Source of the DNA: Candidatus Falkowbacteria bacterium
GTDB taxonomy: Bacteria; Patescibacteriota; Patescibacteriia; JAACEG01
Assembly (NCBI GenBank): GCA_018651725.1
Contig: JABIDK010000006.1
Span: 48,482 to 112,481, forward strand
DNA: 64,000 bases
Direction: 5' to 3'
This document shows positions 37,881 to 47,329 of the stretch, in pieces (position 1 is the stretch's first letter; each line of letters starts with the position of its first letter). The translations under genes and the position numbers were made by a program. A model generated the notes under the pieces. That model was not told the DNA's origin, ran no database searches, and saw only the letters and a list, made by a program, of their open reading frames with translations.

Positions 37881-37990
37881 TCTGAGCGAAACGAAGTGGA
37901 GTCGAAGAATCTATTTGAATTGCGGTTTAATTTGAATCAGTAAGTAGATTTTCTAGATCCTTCGACTCGCTCCACTCGCCCAGGATGACA
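37875..37990. repeat. Palindromic (inverted-repeat) intergenic element, copy 2 of 2
   Basis: Arms are 'tgtcattctgagcgaaacgaagtggagtcgaagaatc' and 'gatccttcgactcgctccactcgcccaggatgaca'. It has the same termini as the element at 9743-9852. Confidence 0.6.
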
Positions 37991-38020
37991 GCATGAGTAT
38001 AACTATTTTATTTTTTTTAT

Positions 38021-39034
38021 TTACTTCAAATAACTCAAATCAATATAGTCTTTCATAGTAATTTGTTTGTCAATCATTTCTTGTCCAAAGAGAAAATCAG
38101 CTGCTTCTTGCATGATTGCGTAATCTTCTTCTTTAAAGTCAATGTAAATTTCCTCATCTGAGTTAGCGTTTACATTTGGCTCAATTGAAGCGGCGATTTC
38201 TAATGCTTTTGGAGTGATGTCCAGCTTAGCTTCTTCCGCAAACCAAGTATCGGATTGTTCTATATTGTTTCTGTAAAATTTATAAGCTCCGTTAAATGCT
38301 GTTAAAAATTGTTTTGGCGCATCAGGATTGTTTTTAATATATTCATTGTTCATTAAAATTACGCTAACAATTTTTCCAACAGCTAAATTTCTAACCAGTC
38401 CTTTTTCTTCTAGAATGGCAGGGGTTGGATCAAAGCCGGCTAGAGCATCTATCTCACCCCATTTTGTTGCTTCCGGATCTTTAACCAAATCACTTTGTTC
38501 GTAAATTCCCAGGTTAATATTATTTACATCTATCTTTGGATCAAGTCCTGCTTTTTGCTCTTCAGCTAAAGCCATTCTTTGCGCGGCTGCTCCAAACGGC
38601 ATAGCCACAGTTTTACCTTTAAGTCCGACTACGTCTTGAATATCAGATTTTGGTGGAACATAGAGCGAGGTTCGGTTGTACATTAAACGAGCAATAATAG
38701 TCCACTCCGGATTTTTATTTAAAAGCATGGCAGCTGGTTGATCAGCTGTAAAAACAACATCAACTTCGCCGGCAAGAGCGGCTTCGTTCAAAGGTCCACC
38801 ATAAGAAAACCCCTTAAAATCACCCTCTAAATTATTATCCTTCAAAAGATCAGTGTGTTTTAAAATTTGTGTTAACTGTCCCTCAGTAGCCCAAGGAATT
38901 TGCCAACCGATTCTGACTTTGGTTAACTCTTTTGTTTCTTCGCTTAGAGAATCAATCTCTTTTTCTCCAATTTGATACCCGATAAAGACCCCAACAGCTA
39001 GAGCCAATATCACAATAACCCAATTGTTTTTCAT
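38021..39034 (-). CDS. ABC transporter substrate-binding protein (NMT1/SsuA/TauA-like)
   Basis: N-terminal TM/signal. It is a periplasmic-binding-protein-type sequence adjacent to the permease and ATPase. Confidence 0.65.
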   Translation of the reverse strand: MKNNWVIVILALAVGVFIGYQIGEKEIDSLSEETKELTKVRIGWQIPWATEGQLTQILKHTDLLKDNNLEGDFKGFSYGGPLNEAALAGEVDVVFTADQPAAMLLNKNPEWTIIARLMYNRTSLYVPPKSDIQDVVGLKGKTVAMPFGAAAQRMALAEEQKAGLDPKIDVNNINLGIYEQSDLVKDPEATKWGEIDALAGFDPTPAILEEKGLVRNLAVGKIVSVILMNNEYIKNNPDAPKQFLTAFNGAYKFYRNNIEQSDTWFAEEAKLDITPKALEIAASIEPNVNANSDEEIYIDFKEEDYAIMQEAADFLFGQEMIDKQITMKDYIDLSYLK

Positions 39035-39057
39035 AGATTTTTTGATCCCTTTAAATC

Positions 39058-40020
39058 TTAAATTACATTCGGATTATTCGGATGTGAATTTGATTTATTC
39101 AGGTCGTTTATTAGTTTTTTAATAATAAAAGGTGTAAATAAAAATGCATGGGCGATAAAGCCGATTGCTGGGGCTAAAGCTGCTTTAGGGTCGTGTAATA
39201 GTAAAATTCCGCCGGCAATAGCGATGTTTTTCATTGAAATCGATAAAACAAGCGCGATAGAGTCTTCTTTATTTTTAAATTTATTTGCAATAAATCCCCA
39301 TAAAATAATGATAGCAAAATCTTGGACAAAGGCAAGGAATAATAATTTTGTCAGTAAAATATTGTTAGTATGGTTAAAGTTAAATTTATTAAAAGACACT
39401 CCAAATAAAATAAAAATTAAGGTTCCCAAGAAAACAAAATTTAAAATAGCTCCATTATTTGAAATTTTAGTATTTAATTTCGGCAAATATTTCCAAATTA
39501 AAAATCCAATCACAAGAGGCAAAGGAACAATAAGCAAAATATCTTTAAATAAAAGCATTGCAGAAACAGGAATTAACGAACCAACAAAAATTTTAAGCAT
39601 TAGAGGAATTACTAAAGGAGAAATTATCATCGAACTAAGTAAAATAGAATAAGAAAGCTCTTTATTTCCTTTTAATATTCTAGTAAAAAACGGTGCTACA
39701 ATAGCCGCTGGAGTCAAAGCCGAAAACACAGCTCCGTAAATATATTGATTGTCATCTAAAAGCGATTTTGCAAACAAAAAAATTATCAACGGCGAAACAA
39801 CAAAAAGAATAAAATTAGCAAAAATAATCTTTAAGGGATTTTTCAAGATATTTTTAAACTTTAACCAATCAATATTAGCGCTATTAAGCAGCATTAATAA
39901 AAATAAAAAAACTATTGCCAAAGGATGCAAGCTAACAGCAGTATAAGGAAAAATAAGCGCTAAAAATATTATAAAAAATATCCCCAAACCAAAATATTTT
40001 TGAAGCAAGTTGTTAAGCAT
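39058..40020 (-). CDS. Polytopic membrane transporter (BASS/ACR3/AEC-like)
   Basis: ~10 TM and 320 aa. No specific motif is assignable by eye. Confidence 0.35.
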   Translation of the reverse strand: MLNNLLQKYFGLGIFFIIFLALIFPYTAVSLHPLAIVFLFLLMLLNSANIDWLKFKNILKNPLKIIFANFILFVVSPLIIFLFAKSLLDDNQYIYGAVFSALTPAAIVAPFFTRILKGNKELSYSILLSSMIISPLVIPLMLKIFVGSLIPVSAMLLFKDILLIVPLPLVIGFLIWKYLPKLNTKISNNGAILNFVFLGTLIFILFGVSFNKFNFNHTNNILLTKLLFLAFVQDFAIIILWGFIANKFKNKEDSIALVLSISMKNIAIAGGILLLHDPKAALAPAIGFIAHAFLFTPFIIKKLINDLNKSNSHPNNPNVI

Positions 40021-40144
40021 AAAGTTGTGTTAAATTAAATTGCTATTTTATAGTTTTTATTATAAGCTAAGGACATAAAAAAGGCAAAAAGAAAAGCCTG
40101 CTTTGTAAAATAGCAGGCTGTGGATTTGAGGTTGATAAAATTTT

Positions 40145-40420
40145 TTATCTATATTTGCGGGCTATCCGGATTGTATTTAGGCATGATAATAACAATATGC
40201 TAAACCCGAGTGTTATCCAGAGATCACCTTTATGCCAAGAGTAGAGAGTGCCGCTACCTTGAAAAATAGTAAACAAACTTAACATAAGGACTGAAACCCC
40301 AGCGGATGTTTTTTTGTCAGATATTTTTTTAGTCTGAATCCAAAAGGCTATAGAATTTATAATAGCCCCACCGGCAAATATTTTGCTTATGATATCCCAA
40401 AAAAGAACATTGGTTTCCAT
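40145..40420 (-). CDS. SemiSWEET-like (PQ-loop/MtN3) 3-TM protein
   Basis: 91 aa with 3 TM. 'WIQTKKISDKKTSAGVSVLMLSL' resembles the PQ-loop motif. Confidence 0.4.
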   Translation of the reverse strand: METNVLFWDIISKIFAGGAIINSIAFWIQTKKISDKKTSAGVSVLMLSLFTIFQGSGTLYSWHKGDLWITLGFSILLLSCLNTIRIARKYR

Positions 40421-40490
40421 TTTATCCCCCTAAGTTTTAATTGATTTAGAGTTTTTCTCTTAAAAACAATATTAAATATTAACAAATTTT

Positions 40491-42557
40491 ATGCAATTTG
40501 TCAATACTAAAACTCTGCGAATTTTATTTTTAATTATCATCGCTGTTTTAGTAGTTAATTTTGGTTACTCGTCTTTTAAGGAGAAAAAAAACAATACAGG
40601 CAAAAAAGTAAAACTTTATTGGTTTATTCCGGATGGGTTGCGGGCTGAGCCGGATTTATTTGATATTTATGCTTGGGCTCGCGAAGGAAGGTTACCGAAC
40701 ATTAAAAGAATGATGGATAAAGGTTCTTATGGGTTTACAGTCCCGGACTATCCTTCGCATACACCGGTTAATTTTGCTTCACTTTTAACAGGTTCGCATC
40801 CTAAGACACATGGGATTTCCGATGGACCGATGCGGGTCGAAGGTTATCCTTTGGATATTGTTCCTTTTTCCGGGTTTAAATCTAATGCCAAAAAAGTTCC
40901 ACCAGCCTGGCTTACCTTTGAAGATAACGATCTGGATGTATTTTTACTTTCTATGCCCGGCTCTACTCCGCCAGAACTATCACGCGGCACAACTGTTCGC
41001 GGTCGTTGGGGTGGCTGGGGAGCTGATTTTTATGCGGTTAACTTTCAGGACTCTACAGAGGAACTGGCGGAAGATTTTTTCTCGCGCAGTATGAGACTTT
41101 TTTACACCGGTCCGGAGTTAACGCAAACTTTAACATCCTCTCCTACTTTGGCTAAATTAGATTCTATTAAAAGTTATTCAGAGATAAAAGAAATAAAACT
41201 GGAAGCTTGGGACAAAACAGTTTATGGATTTATCTACGACTCAACTGATGATCAAAAAACAAACTACAATAAAATCGCTTTTTCATTTGATAAAAAAAAG
41301 ATCATTACCGATCTAGAAGACAAGAATTGGAGTGACTGGTTGCCGATAACCGTTAAGTGGCGGACAAAAGATGATTTTAATCTTTACACCACTAAAAAAA
41401 GTAAACTGGAGAGAAAATTTACAACCATCGATGTGCCAACAGAGTTTAAAATTAAAATTATCAAGTTAAGCAAAGATGGAAAGTTTAGAATCAGATTCTT
41501 TTACAATAATTTGAATAAATATTTAACTGCTCCTTCCGAAGTTGCTAAAGACTTGACCGAGAACGTCGGACCAATGGTTGATTTTGTTGATAATTTTCCG
41601 CCGCAGTTAATCTATTACCAAGAAGACAAAGAAACATTTTTAGAAGAAGCTGAAATGTCTTTTGACTGGCATAAAAATTCTGTTCCACATATTGTTCAAA
41701 ACTATTCCCCGGGAGTTATTTTGCATGATATTTATACTCCCAATCAAATGTTAACCAGTCGTTGGTGGCTGGGATATGTTGACCCGAACAGCGCGCGGTA
41801 TAACGATGTTAGTGAAGAAGAGCGAGAGACATTATGGCAGGAAGTTCATTGGATGTATAAAAAAATAGATGATATTGTGGGAGAGATCATGGATAATTTG
41901 GACGAGGAAAGTTATTTTGTTTTTACCTCTGACCATGGAGCCGCGCCACTCAATAAACGAGTTTATCTTAATAATTATTTTGCCAAAAAAGGGCTCTTAA
42001 AAATAAAGTATGATGAGAAAAATAAAATTTATGATATTGATTGGGATAACACCAAGGTAGCGTTCCTTAGAATGAACAGTATTTATATTAATCCGAATGG
42101 TTTGGGTGGAAATTGGAAAAGAGCCAAAGGCGAAGAGTACGAAAAATTACGAGAAGAAGTTATTAAATTATTAAATGAAATAAAAGACGAAAAAACCTTG
42201 TCTCCGGTAGAAAATGTGGTAAAATGGGAGAACGTAGAAGACTATCTTGATTTACCAAGCGATCGGGTTGGTGATTTAATAGTCTCAAATAAAATCGGCT
42301 ACGGCTGGAGCGAAGAAGTCAGTAAAGAAATGGAAATTTTTAAAACCCCGCTTAAGACCGGTTACAAACAAGCGATAAATCCTGAAGAGCACGCTGTCTG
42401 GGCACCGTTTATGATCATGGGACCAAACATCAAAGAAAATTTTCAGCTTGAAAATCCAATCAGTCATATCGACCAACTCCCAACCATTTTAAATCTAATG
42501 AAAATAGATATCCCTGATTATGTTGAAGGACGGGTTTTAGAGGAAGTAAAAAAATAA
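40491..42557 (+). CDS. Alkaline-phosphatase-superfamily enzyme (type I phosphodiesterase/nucleotide pyrophosphatase-like), membrane-anchored
   Basis: N-terminal TM. 'WFIPDGLRAEPD' is the metal-site region. 'FTSDHGAAP' is the DHG metal ligand motif. Confidence 0.6.
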   Translation: MQFVNTKTLRILFLIIIAVLVVNFGYSSFKEKKNNTGKKVKLYWFIPDGLRAEPDLFDIYAWAREGRLPNIKRMMDKGSYGFTVPDYPSHTPVNFASLLTGSHPKTHGISDGPMRVEGYPLDIVPFSGFKSNAKKVPPAWLTFEDNDLDVFLLSMPGSTPPELSRGTTVRGRWGGWGADFYAVNFQDSTEELAEDFFSRSMRLFYTGPELTQTLTSSPTLAKLDSIKSYSEIKEIKLEAWDKTVYGFIYDSTDDQKTNYNKIAFSFDKKKIITDLEDKNWSDWLPITVKWRTKDDFNLYTTKKSKLERKFTTIDVPTEFKIKIIKLSKDGKFRIRFFYNNLNKYLTAPSEVAKDLTENVGPMVDFVDNFPPQLIYYQEDKETFLEEAEMSFDWHKNSVPHIVQNYSPGVILHDIYTPNQMLTSRWWLGYVDPNSARYNDVSEEERETLWQEVHWMYKKIDDIVGEIMDNLDEESYFVFTSDHGAAPLNKRVYLNNYFAKKGLLKIKYDEKNKIYDIDWDNTKVAFLRMNSIYINPNGLGGNWKRAKGEEYEKLREEVIKLLNEIKDEKTLSPVENVVKWENVEDYLDLPSDRVGDLIVSNKIGYGWSEEVSKEMEIFKTPLKTGYKQAINPEEHAVWAPFMIMGPNIKENFQLENPISHIDQLPTILNLMKIDIPDYVEGRVLEEVKK

Positions 42558-42567
42558 TTTTTTTATT

Positions 42568-43164
42568 ATGAAATTAAAATATACAACAATTACATTAATC
42601 ATTTTAGTAGTAGGTATTTTTTTTATATATAAACAGCAAAATGATAACTCCCTCTACTCTACTCTTAAAAAAGAAGGTTTTAATTTGGAGTTGATTAATG
42701 ATTTTCAGATAAATAAAGATAACTTAAAAGAAAATCCTTATAAAAGCAGAATTATTTTAGCCAAAAACGATAATCTGCCAGCTGGCGGAGAAACAATTAA
42801 ATTAAAATTGCTTTATGATATGAATCAAGAGAAAGCTGAGGAATATATCGACGACCAAAAAGTTATTTTAACCAGTCTTTACGAGCCTATTCCACCGCCC
42901 TACCCTGAATTTATCGGCCAAGAAGTTAGTTGCGATGAAAAATATAAGCCAATTTTAAAAGAACATGAACTAGGAGAATATTATTTGCTTTACGCAGGAG
43001 AGCGATTTGGCTATGGAATTTGCGAGGAAGAAATGGTAAAGCATAAATCTCTTTTGGGATATTTTTATTGCGATAATAAATTAATTAAATTAGAATATTT
43101 TATAGATAAAAATCAAAATTTTGATTTAGTGGAAAAAATAATTAAAGATTTAAAGTGCATATGA
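42568..43164 (+). CDS. Membrane-anchored protein, paralog 1 of a three-member tandem family (unknown function)
   Basis: It shares the motifs 'YPYPEF', 'EC.EEYKP..KEH.LGEY.LLYA.E.FGYG.CEE' and 'LGYFYC.N...IEYF' with the next two ORFs. Confidence 0.5.
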   Translation: MKLKYTTITLIILVVGIFFIYKQQNDNSLYSTLKKEGFNLELINDFQINKDNLKENPYKSRIILAKNDNLPAGGETIKLKLLYDMNQEKAEEYIDDQKVILTSLYEPIPPPYPEFIGQEVSCDEKYKPILKEHELGEYYLLYAGERFGYGICEEEMVKHKSLLGYFYCDNKLIKLEYFIDKNQNFDLVEKIIKDLKCI

Positions 43165-43751
43165 TAAAAAAAATAATTTTAATTTTAATAATATTTGGTG
43201 GAGTAAGTTTTGGGGTTTGGAAATATAAAGAAAACCAAAGTAAATTTTTAGCCTACCATCTTAAAAGTATTGGTATAAAAATAGAACAAGCTGAAGATTT
43301 TTTAGTTACAGAAATAAGCGATCCCAAAAAAGGGAGCAAAGCAAGAACTATAACAGCCAAGAAAGATCAAGAAGAAATAAAAATAAAAATTGTAAATAAT
43401 GTTGAAAAAGACGAAGCCTTAAACTATATCGAAGATAAAAAAGAAAATTTTGAGAGTCTGTATAAATTAGCTAAAAACCCCTACCCTGAAGCAATGAAAA
43501 AACAAAAAGAATGCCCGGAAGAGTATAGGCCCGAAGTTAAAAAACACGGATACGGAGAATATTTTCTAACATATGCCGGAGAAGACTTAGGCTACGGTAT
43601 TTGCAAAGAAGATCTAGTCAGATATAAGGCAGTACTTGGATATTTTTACTGTGAAAATATAAGTTCTTTTATAAAGATTGAGTATTTTACATCAAAAGAA
43701 AAAAATCACGAAGAAATGAATTCATTAATAAACTCTTTTAGATGCGAATAA
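43155..43751 (+). CDS. Membrane-anchored protein, paralog 2
   Basis: Same conserved blocks ('NPYPEA...ECPEEYRPEVKKHGYGEYFLTYAGEDLGYGICKED...LGYFYCEN...IEYF'). Its start overlaps the stop of paralog 1. Confidence 0.5.
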   Translation: MHMIKKIILILIIFGGVSFGVWKYKENQSKFLAYHLKSIGIKIEQAEDFLVTEISDPKKGSKARTITAKKDQEEIKIKIVNNVEKDEALNYIEDKKENFESLYKLAKNPYPEAMKKQKECPEEYRPEVKKHGYGEYFLTYAGEDLGYGICKEDLVRYKAVLGYFYCENISSFIKIEYFTSKEKNHEEMNSLINSFRCE

Positions 43752-45487
43752 AGTACTTTAAAATTTTAATCATCATAAGTGGGGTTATTATTTTATTTTT
43801 TGTATATCAAAATTATACTAGCTCTTTAACTCATAATTTACAGAAAATAGGGTTAAGCTCAAAAGGATTATATGGCTTTAAGGTCGATGAACAAATCAAT
43901 TTTCAAGAACAAGTTATTGTTGCCAAAAAAAATGATGAGCAAATAAAAATAAAAATTACTCCAGATGTAAGTAATATAGAAGTGTTGAAATTAATTTCTA
44001 AAGAGGAAGAATTTTTGACAAGTATGTATGATTCCGTGCTCTATCCCTACCCTGAGTTTTTAGATAAAAAAAATGAGTGTGTAGAAGAATATAAGCCAAT
44101 AAAAAAAGAGCATGGACTAGGGGAATATTTTTTGCTATACGCTAAAGAAAATTTTAATTACGGAGCTTGTGAAGAAAAAGAAGCAAAATATAAAATACTG
44201 CTTACATTTTTTTATTTAGAAGAAGAGAATATTTTTTTGGAGTTGGAGTATAGCATATCAAAACAAAAAAGATTTTCTTCAATGGAAGAAATTATTAATA
44301 CTATAAAAGCCGACGACGAGGTCCTGAGCCTCGCTGGGCGGAATCAAGATGACACGACAGAGAAAGAGTTTTCTCAAAATGACACAAATAAAAATAAAAT
44401 AGAAATTTTCAGTGTGGCTGGTTGTCCTTTTACTCGCGATTTGGTGCATGCGCTGGCTCTTTTTTTAAAGAAAACAAATCAAGAAATTAGAGATAGTATG
44501 GATATAAAAATATCTTATTACGGCAAAGAATATGAAAAAGGCAAGTTTATCTCTTATCATGGTAAAGAAGAGCCGAAGCTGAATATTCTGGAGCTTTGCA
44601 TTATTGATAAGTACCCTGATAATTTAGAATATTTTTATATTATTGACTGTCTTTTTCAAAAAGTAAATTTAAGTAAGATAGATGAAAGCATTACGGATTT
44701 AATGGGTAGTTGGGAGACGTGTACTAAGGATGTGGCAGTTAATAAAAATGACGAAGTTAAAAAATGTGCCTCTTCAGAAGAGGGAAAAGATCTTTACAGG
44801 GAATCTATAGCTTATATTACCACTAAAAAATATGCTAAATTTCCGCCGATTTTGCGATTTAATGATAAAAATTTCCCCACTGTTAAGCCGGACGCCTTTA
44901 GACTTGAGCTCTGTAAAAAATTGGATAATAGTAGTTTGGAGTGCTTGGATATACCAGAGTGTTACGGAGAAGCTAACTGTCAAGACAAGAAAAATAAAGC
45001 GTCGTTTTGTATGAAAAATAAATGTGAATATGGTGATAAAATAAAAATGATTGTACTAACAGATGATTTTACAGATACTGAAAACAATTATGCTATAGAA
45101 TGGTATAGCTTGTTATACGGAGAATTTGATGTTGAGCATATTAATATTAATAGTTTTAAGGGTAGCCAATTAGCAAAAGAATTAAATTTACTGGAATTTC
45201 CGGTGATATTAATCGATGATCGTATTGAAAAAATAAACAGATTCAAAGAAAGGTTTGGCTACACCAGACTTATATTTTCTAACAAAAAAAATAATTGGTA
45301 CATTGTTGATCATGACAGGTTTAGTTTTACTAACGCAATTATTCGTGATCAGATTCAAAATGCTGAAGGAATTCATTTTCGAGATAGCGGGCTTAAAACC
45401 TCGGATAAAATGAAAGAATATTTTGGGAACCGCCCTGAATTTTACAAAGAATCAAAAGAATATTTTAATGAAAATTTTTTACAATGA
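43742..45487 (+). CDS. Paralog 3 with ~370-aa C-terminal extension (possible thioredoxin-like modules)
   Basis: The N-terminal 200 aa carry the family blocks. The extension has 'FSVAGCPFTRD' and 'EFPVILIDD', which resemble thioredoxin-fold motifs. This is inference only. Confidence 0.45.
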   Translation: MRIKYFKILIIISGVIILFFVYQNYTSSLTHNLQKIGLSSKGLYGFKVDEQINFQEQVIVAKKNDEQIKIKITPDVSNIEVLKLISKEEEFLTSMYDSVLYPYPEFLDKKNECVEEYKPIKKEHGLGEYFLLYAKENFNYGACEEKEAKYKILLTFFYLEEENIFLELEYSISKQKRFSSMEEIINTIKADDEVLSLAGRNQDDTTEKEFSQNDTNKNKIEIFSVAGCPFTRDLVHALALFLKKTNQEIRDSMDIKISYYGKEYEKGKFISYHGKEEPKLNILELCIIDKYPDNLEYFYIIDCLFQKVNLSKIDESITDLMGSWETCTKDVAVNKNDEVKKCASSEEGKDLYRESIAYITTKKYAKFPPILRFNDKNFPTVKPDAFRLELCKKLDNSSLECLDIPECYGEANCQDKKNKASFCMKNKCEYGDKIKMIVLTDDFTDTENNYAIEWYSLLYGEFDVEHININSFKGSQLAKELNLLEFPVILIDDRIEKINRFKERFGYTRLIFSNKKNNWYIVDHDRFSFTNAIIRDQIQNAEGIHFRDSGLKTSDKMKEYFGNRPEFYKESKEYFNENFLQ

Positions 45488-45624
45488 ATAAAATTTGCAA
45501 AAAATGCGTTTTGCCGGAAAGTAGGCCAAATATTTATTTAAACGATCAAGAGATTTATAATGTTTGCCTTGAAGATAAAAAGCAGGATAAGGAGGAGAAA
45601 TTATTGAAGTCTCTGGCAAGATGA
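45484..45624 (+). pseudogene. Detached N-terminal zinc-ribbon fragment homologous to the amidotransferase at 46310
   Basis: 'MNKICKKCVLPESRPNIYLNDQEIYNVC' aligns with 'KKICKKCILPETRPDIWLNEEGVCSVC' of the downstream gene. The ORF stops after 46 codons without a PP-loop. Its ATG overlaps the upstream stop (ATGA). Confidence 0.4.
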
Positions 45625-45665
45625 AGAAATATTTCAAAAAAAAGAAGAGGAACTAGAAAAATAAA

Positions 45666-45908
45666 ATGATTAAAAAAATCTTTGAAAAACAAAAAAAGTT
45701 TTTAATGCCCATGGTTAAGAAAGCGCAAAAAGTAATTGTTGCAATACTTTTGTTTTTATTGTATATTTTTGGATTTGGTTTAACAGCTATAATTTTATTG
45801 ATTTTTAATAGAAAGCTTTTGGGTTTTAAAAAAAGAGACAAAAATACATTTTGGGAAGATGCTAAAGGATATGAGACTGATACAGCTAAAAATTTAAGAC
45901 AATTTTAA
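45666..45908 (+). CDS. Small membrane protein of the kind found beside carbamoyltransferases (SxtJ-like)
   Basis: 80 aa with one TM and a charged tail. The call rests on position upstream of a DUF5989-like ORF and a carbamoyltransferase. Confidence 0.4.
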   Translation: MIKKIFEKQKKFLMPMVKKAQKVIVAILLFLLYIFGFGLTAIILLIFNRKLLGFKKRDKNTFWEDAKGYETDTAKNLRQF

Positions 45909-45909
45909 T

Positions 45910-46071
45910 ATGCAAAAAGTAATTTATATCTTAAAAGAATTATTTGGTTTAATTAAAGCTCACAAGCTTTATATTTTAACGCCGATTTTAGTAATGCTAG
46001 CTCTTATATCTTTTTTGGTTTATTATATAGGCCCTACTGTTATAATTTCTTTTATTTATGCGGGAGTTTAA
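45910..46071 (+). CDS. DUF5989-like (SxtK-like) small membrane protein
   Basis: 53 aa, 'MQKVIYILKELFGLIKAHKLYILTPILVMLALISFLVYYIG'. This is the typical sequence pattern of the short partner of SxtJ-like proteins. It is missing from the ORF track because it is under 60 aa. Confidence 0.4.
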   Translation: MQKVIYILKELFGLIKAHKLYILTPILVMLALISFLVYYIGPTVIISFIYAGV

Positions 46072-46077
46072 TTGCAT

Positions 46078-46302
46078 ATGAATGTTAATGAAAAAATAGA
46101 TTTAACTGGAATTCCTTGTCCTCACAATTTTGCTAGGGCTTTATTTAGGCTTGAAACAATGGATGAAGGTGAGATCTTGGAGATTATTATTGATGATGGT
46201 CGACCAATTAAAAAAATGCCAACGAGATTAACTGAGGAGGGATATAAAATTATCAAAAAAGAAAAAAAAGGAGAGAATTGGATTTTAGAAATCAAAAAAT
46301 AA
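46078..46302 (+). CDS. TusA-like (SirA/YedF) sulfur-carrier-fold protein
   Basis: 'IDLTGIPCPHNFARAL...GEILEIIIDDG' matches the TusA 'LD..GL.CP.P' motif, with CPHN in place of CPxP. Confidence 0.6.
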   Translation: MNVNEKIDLTGIPCPHNFARALFRLETMDEGEILEIIIDDGRPIKKMPTRLTEEGYKIIKKEKKGENWILEIKK

Positions 46303-46309
46303 ACAATCT

Positions 46310-47326
46310 ATGGAAGAGAAAAAAATATGTAAAAAATGTATATTACCAGAAACCAGGCCAGACATTTGGCTGAACGAAGAAGGTGTCTGTAGTGTTTGTG
46401 TTGTTTATGAAAATGAAAAAAAGTTTTCGAAAGGAGAAAAAGGAGCCCTTGAAACAGATTTTATCAAAATATTGGAAAAAAATAAAGGAAAGGGTGAGTA
46501 TGACTGCTTGGTGATGTGTAGTGGAGGAAAAGATAGTACTTCTGCTTTATATTATATAAAAGAAAGATATAAATTAAATCCATTGGCCTTTACTTTTGAT
46601 CATGGCTTTGAAACAAGTGATGCCCTGGAAAACGTTAATAAGGCAGTGGATAAATTAGGGGTAGATTTTCTTTTTTTCAAATCATCTTTTATGAAAGATA
46701 TGTTTGCAAAAATCTTAAAAACGCGGTCAAAAGCGGTTATTTGCCATCTATGTTCTATGTGGTATATGGATTTAACTTATAAAATAGCAGCAAAATATAA
46801 TGTTCCTATAATAATTGCCGGCTGGACAAAGGGGCAATCAGTAAAACAACCGGTAATGTCGAAGTGTGCTTGTAAGTCAGATTCACCTGAATATGCATCC
46901 ATGGCCAAAGCCACAAAAGATTTTATAGAGGAACATGTTAAGAATGATCCTAAATATAAAGGTTTCCCACAAAACATGGAGGAAGTTTTAAAAAAGGCTA
47001 AAAAAAGACACAAGTCAATGGTTGTATCCCCTCATTGGTTTTTACCGATAGACGCTGATGCTTATGTTGAAACAATTAAAAAAGAATTAGACTGGAAGTA
47101 TCCAGAGTTAAGCTATCCAGCAAAAACAACCAATTGTGAATTAAATTTTATCTCTGTTTATAATTCAAAAAAACATTATGGCTACACTCACTATGATCTG
47201 GAGATGAGCAGACTTATAAGAGAAGGCATTATCTCAAGAGAAGAAGCTCTAAGAGATTTAGAAATAAATTTTGATAAAGATTTATTAAACGTAATTGCAA
47301 AAAAACTAGGTTATAAATTTGAATAA
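46310..47326 (+). CDS. PP-loop ATP pyrophosphatase of the N-acetyl-sugar amidotransferase (WbuX/WbpG-like) type
   Basis: N-terminal zinc ribbon 'CKKCILPETRPDIWLNEEGVCSVC'. PP-loop is 'CSGGKDST'. A C-terminal 'ISREEAL' region is present. Confidence 0.55.
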   Translation: MEEKKICKKCILPETRPDIWLNEEGVCSVCVVYENEKKFSKGEKGALETDFIKILEKNKGKGEYDCLVMCSGGKDSTSALYYIKERYKLNPLAFTFDHGFETSDALENVNKAVDKLGVDFLFFKSSFMKDMFAKILKTRSKAVICHLCSMWYMDLTYKIAAKYNVPIIIAGWTKGQSVKQPVMSKCACKSDSPEYASMAKATKDFIEEHVKNDPKYKGFPQNMEEVLKKAKKRHKSMVVSPHWFLPIDADAYVETIKKELDWKYPELSYPAKTTNCELNFISVYNSKKHYGYTHYDLEMSRLIREGIISREEALRDLEINFDKDLLNVIAKKLGYKFE

Positions 47327-47329
47327 ATT

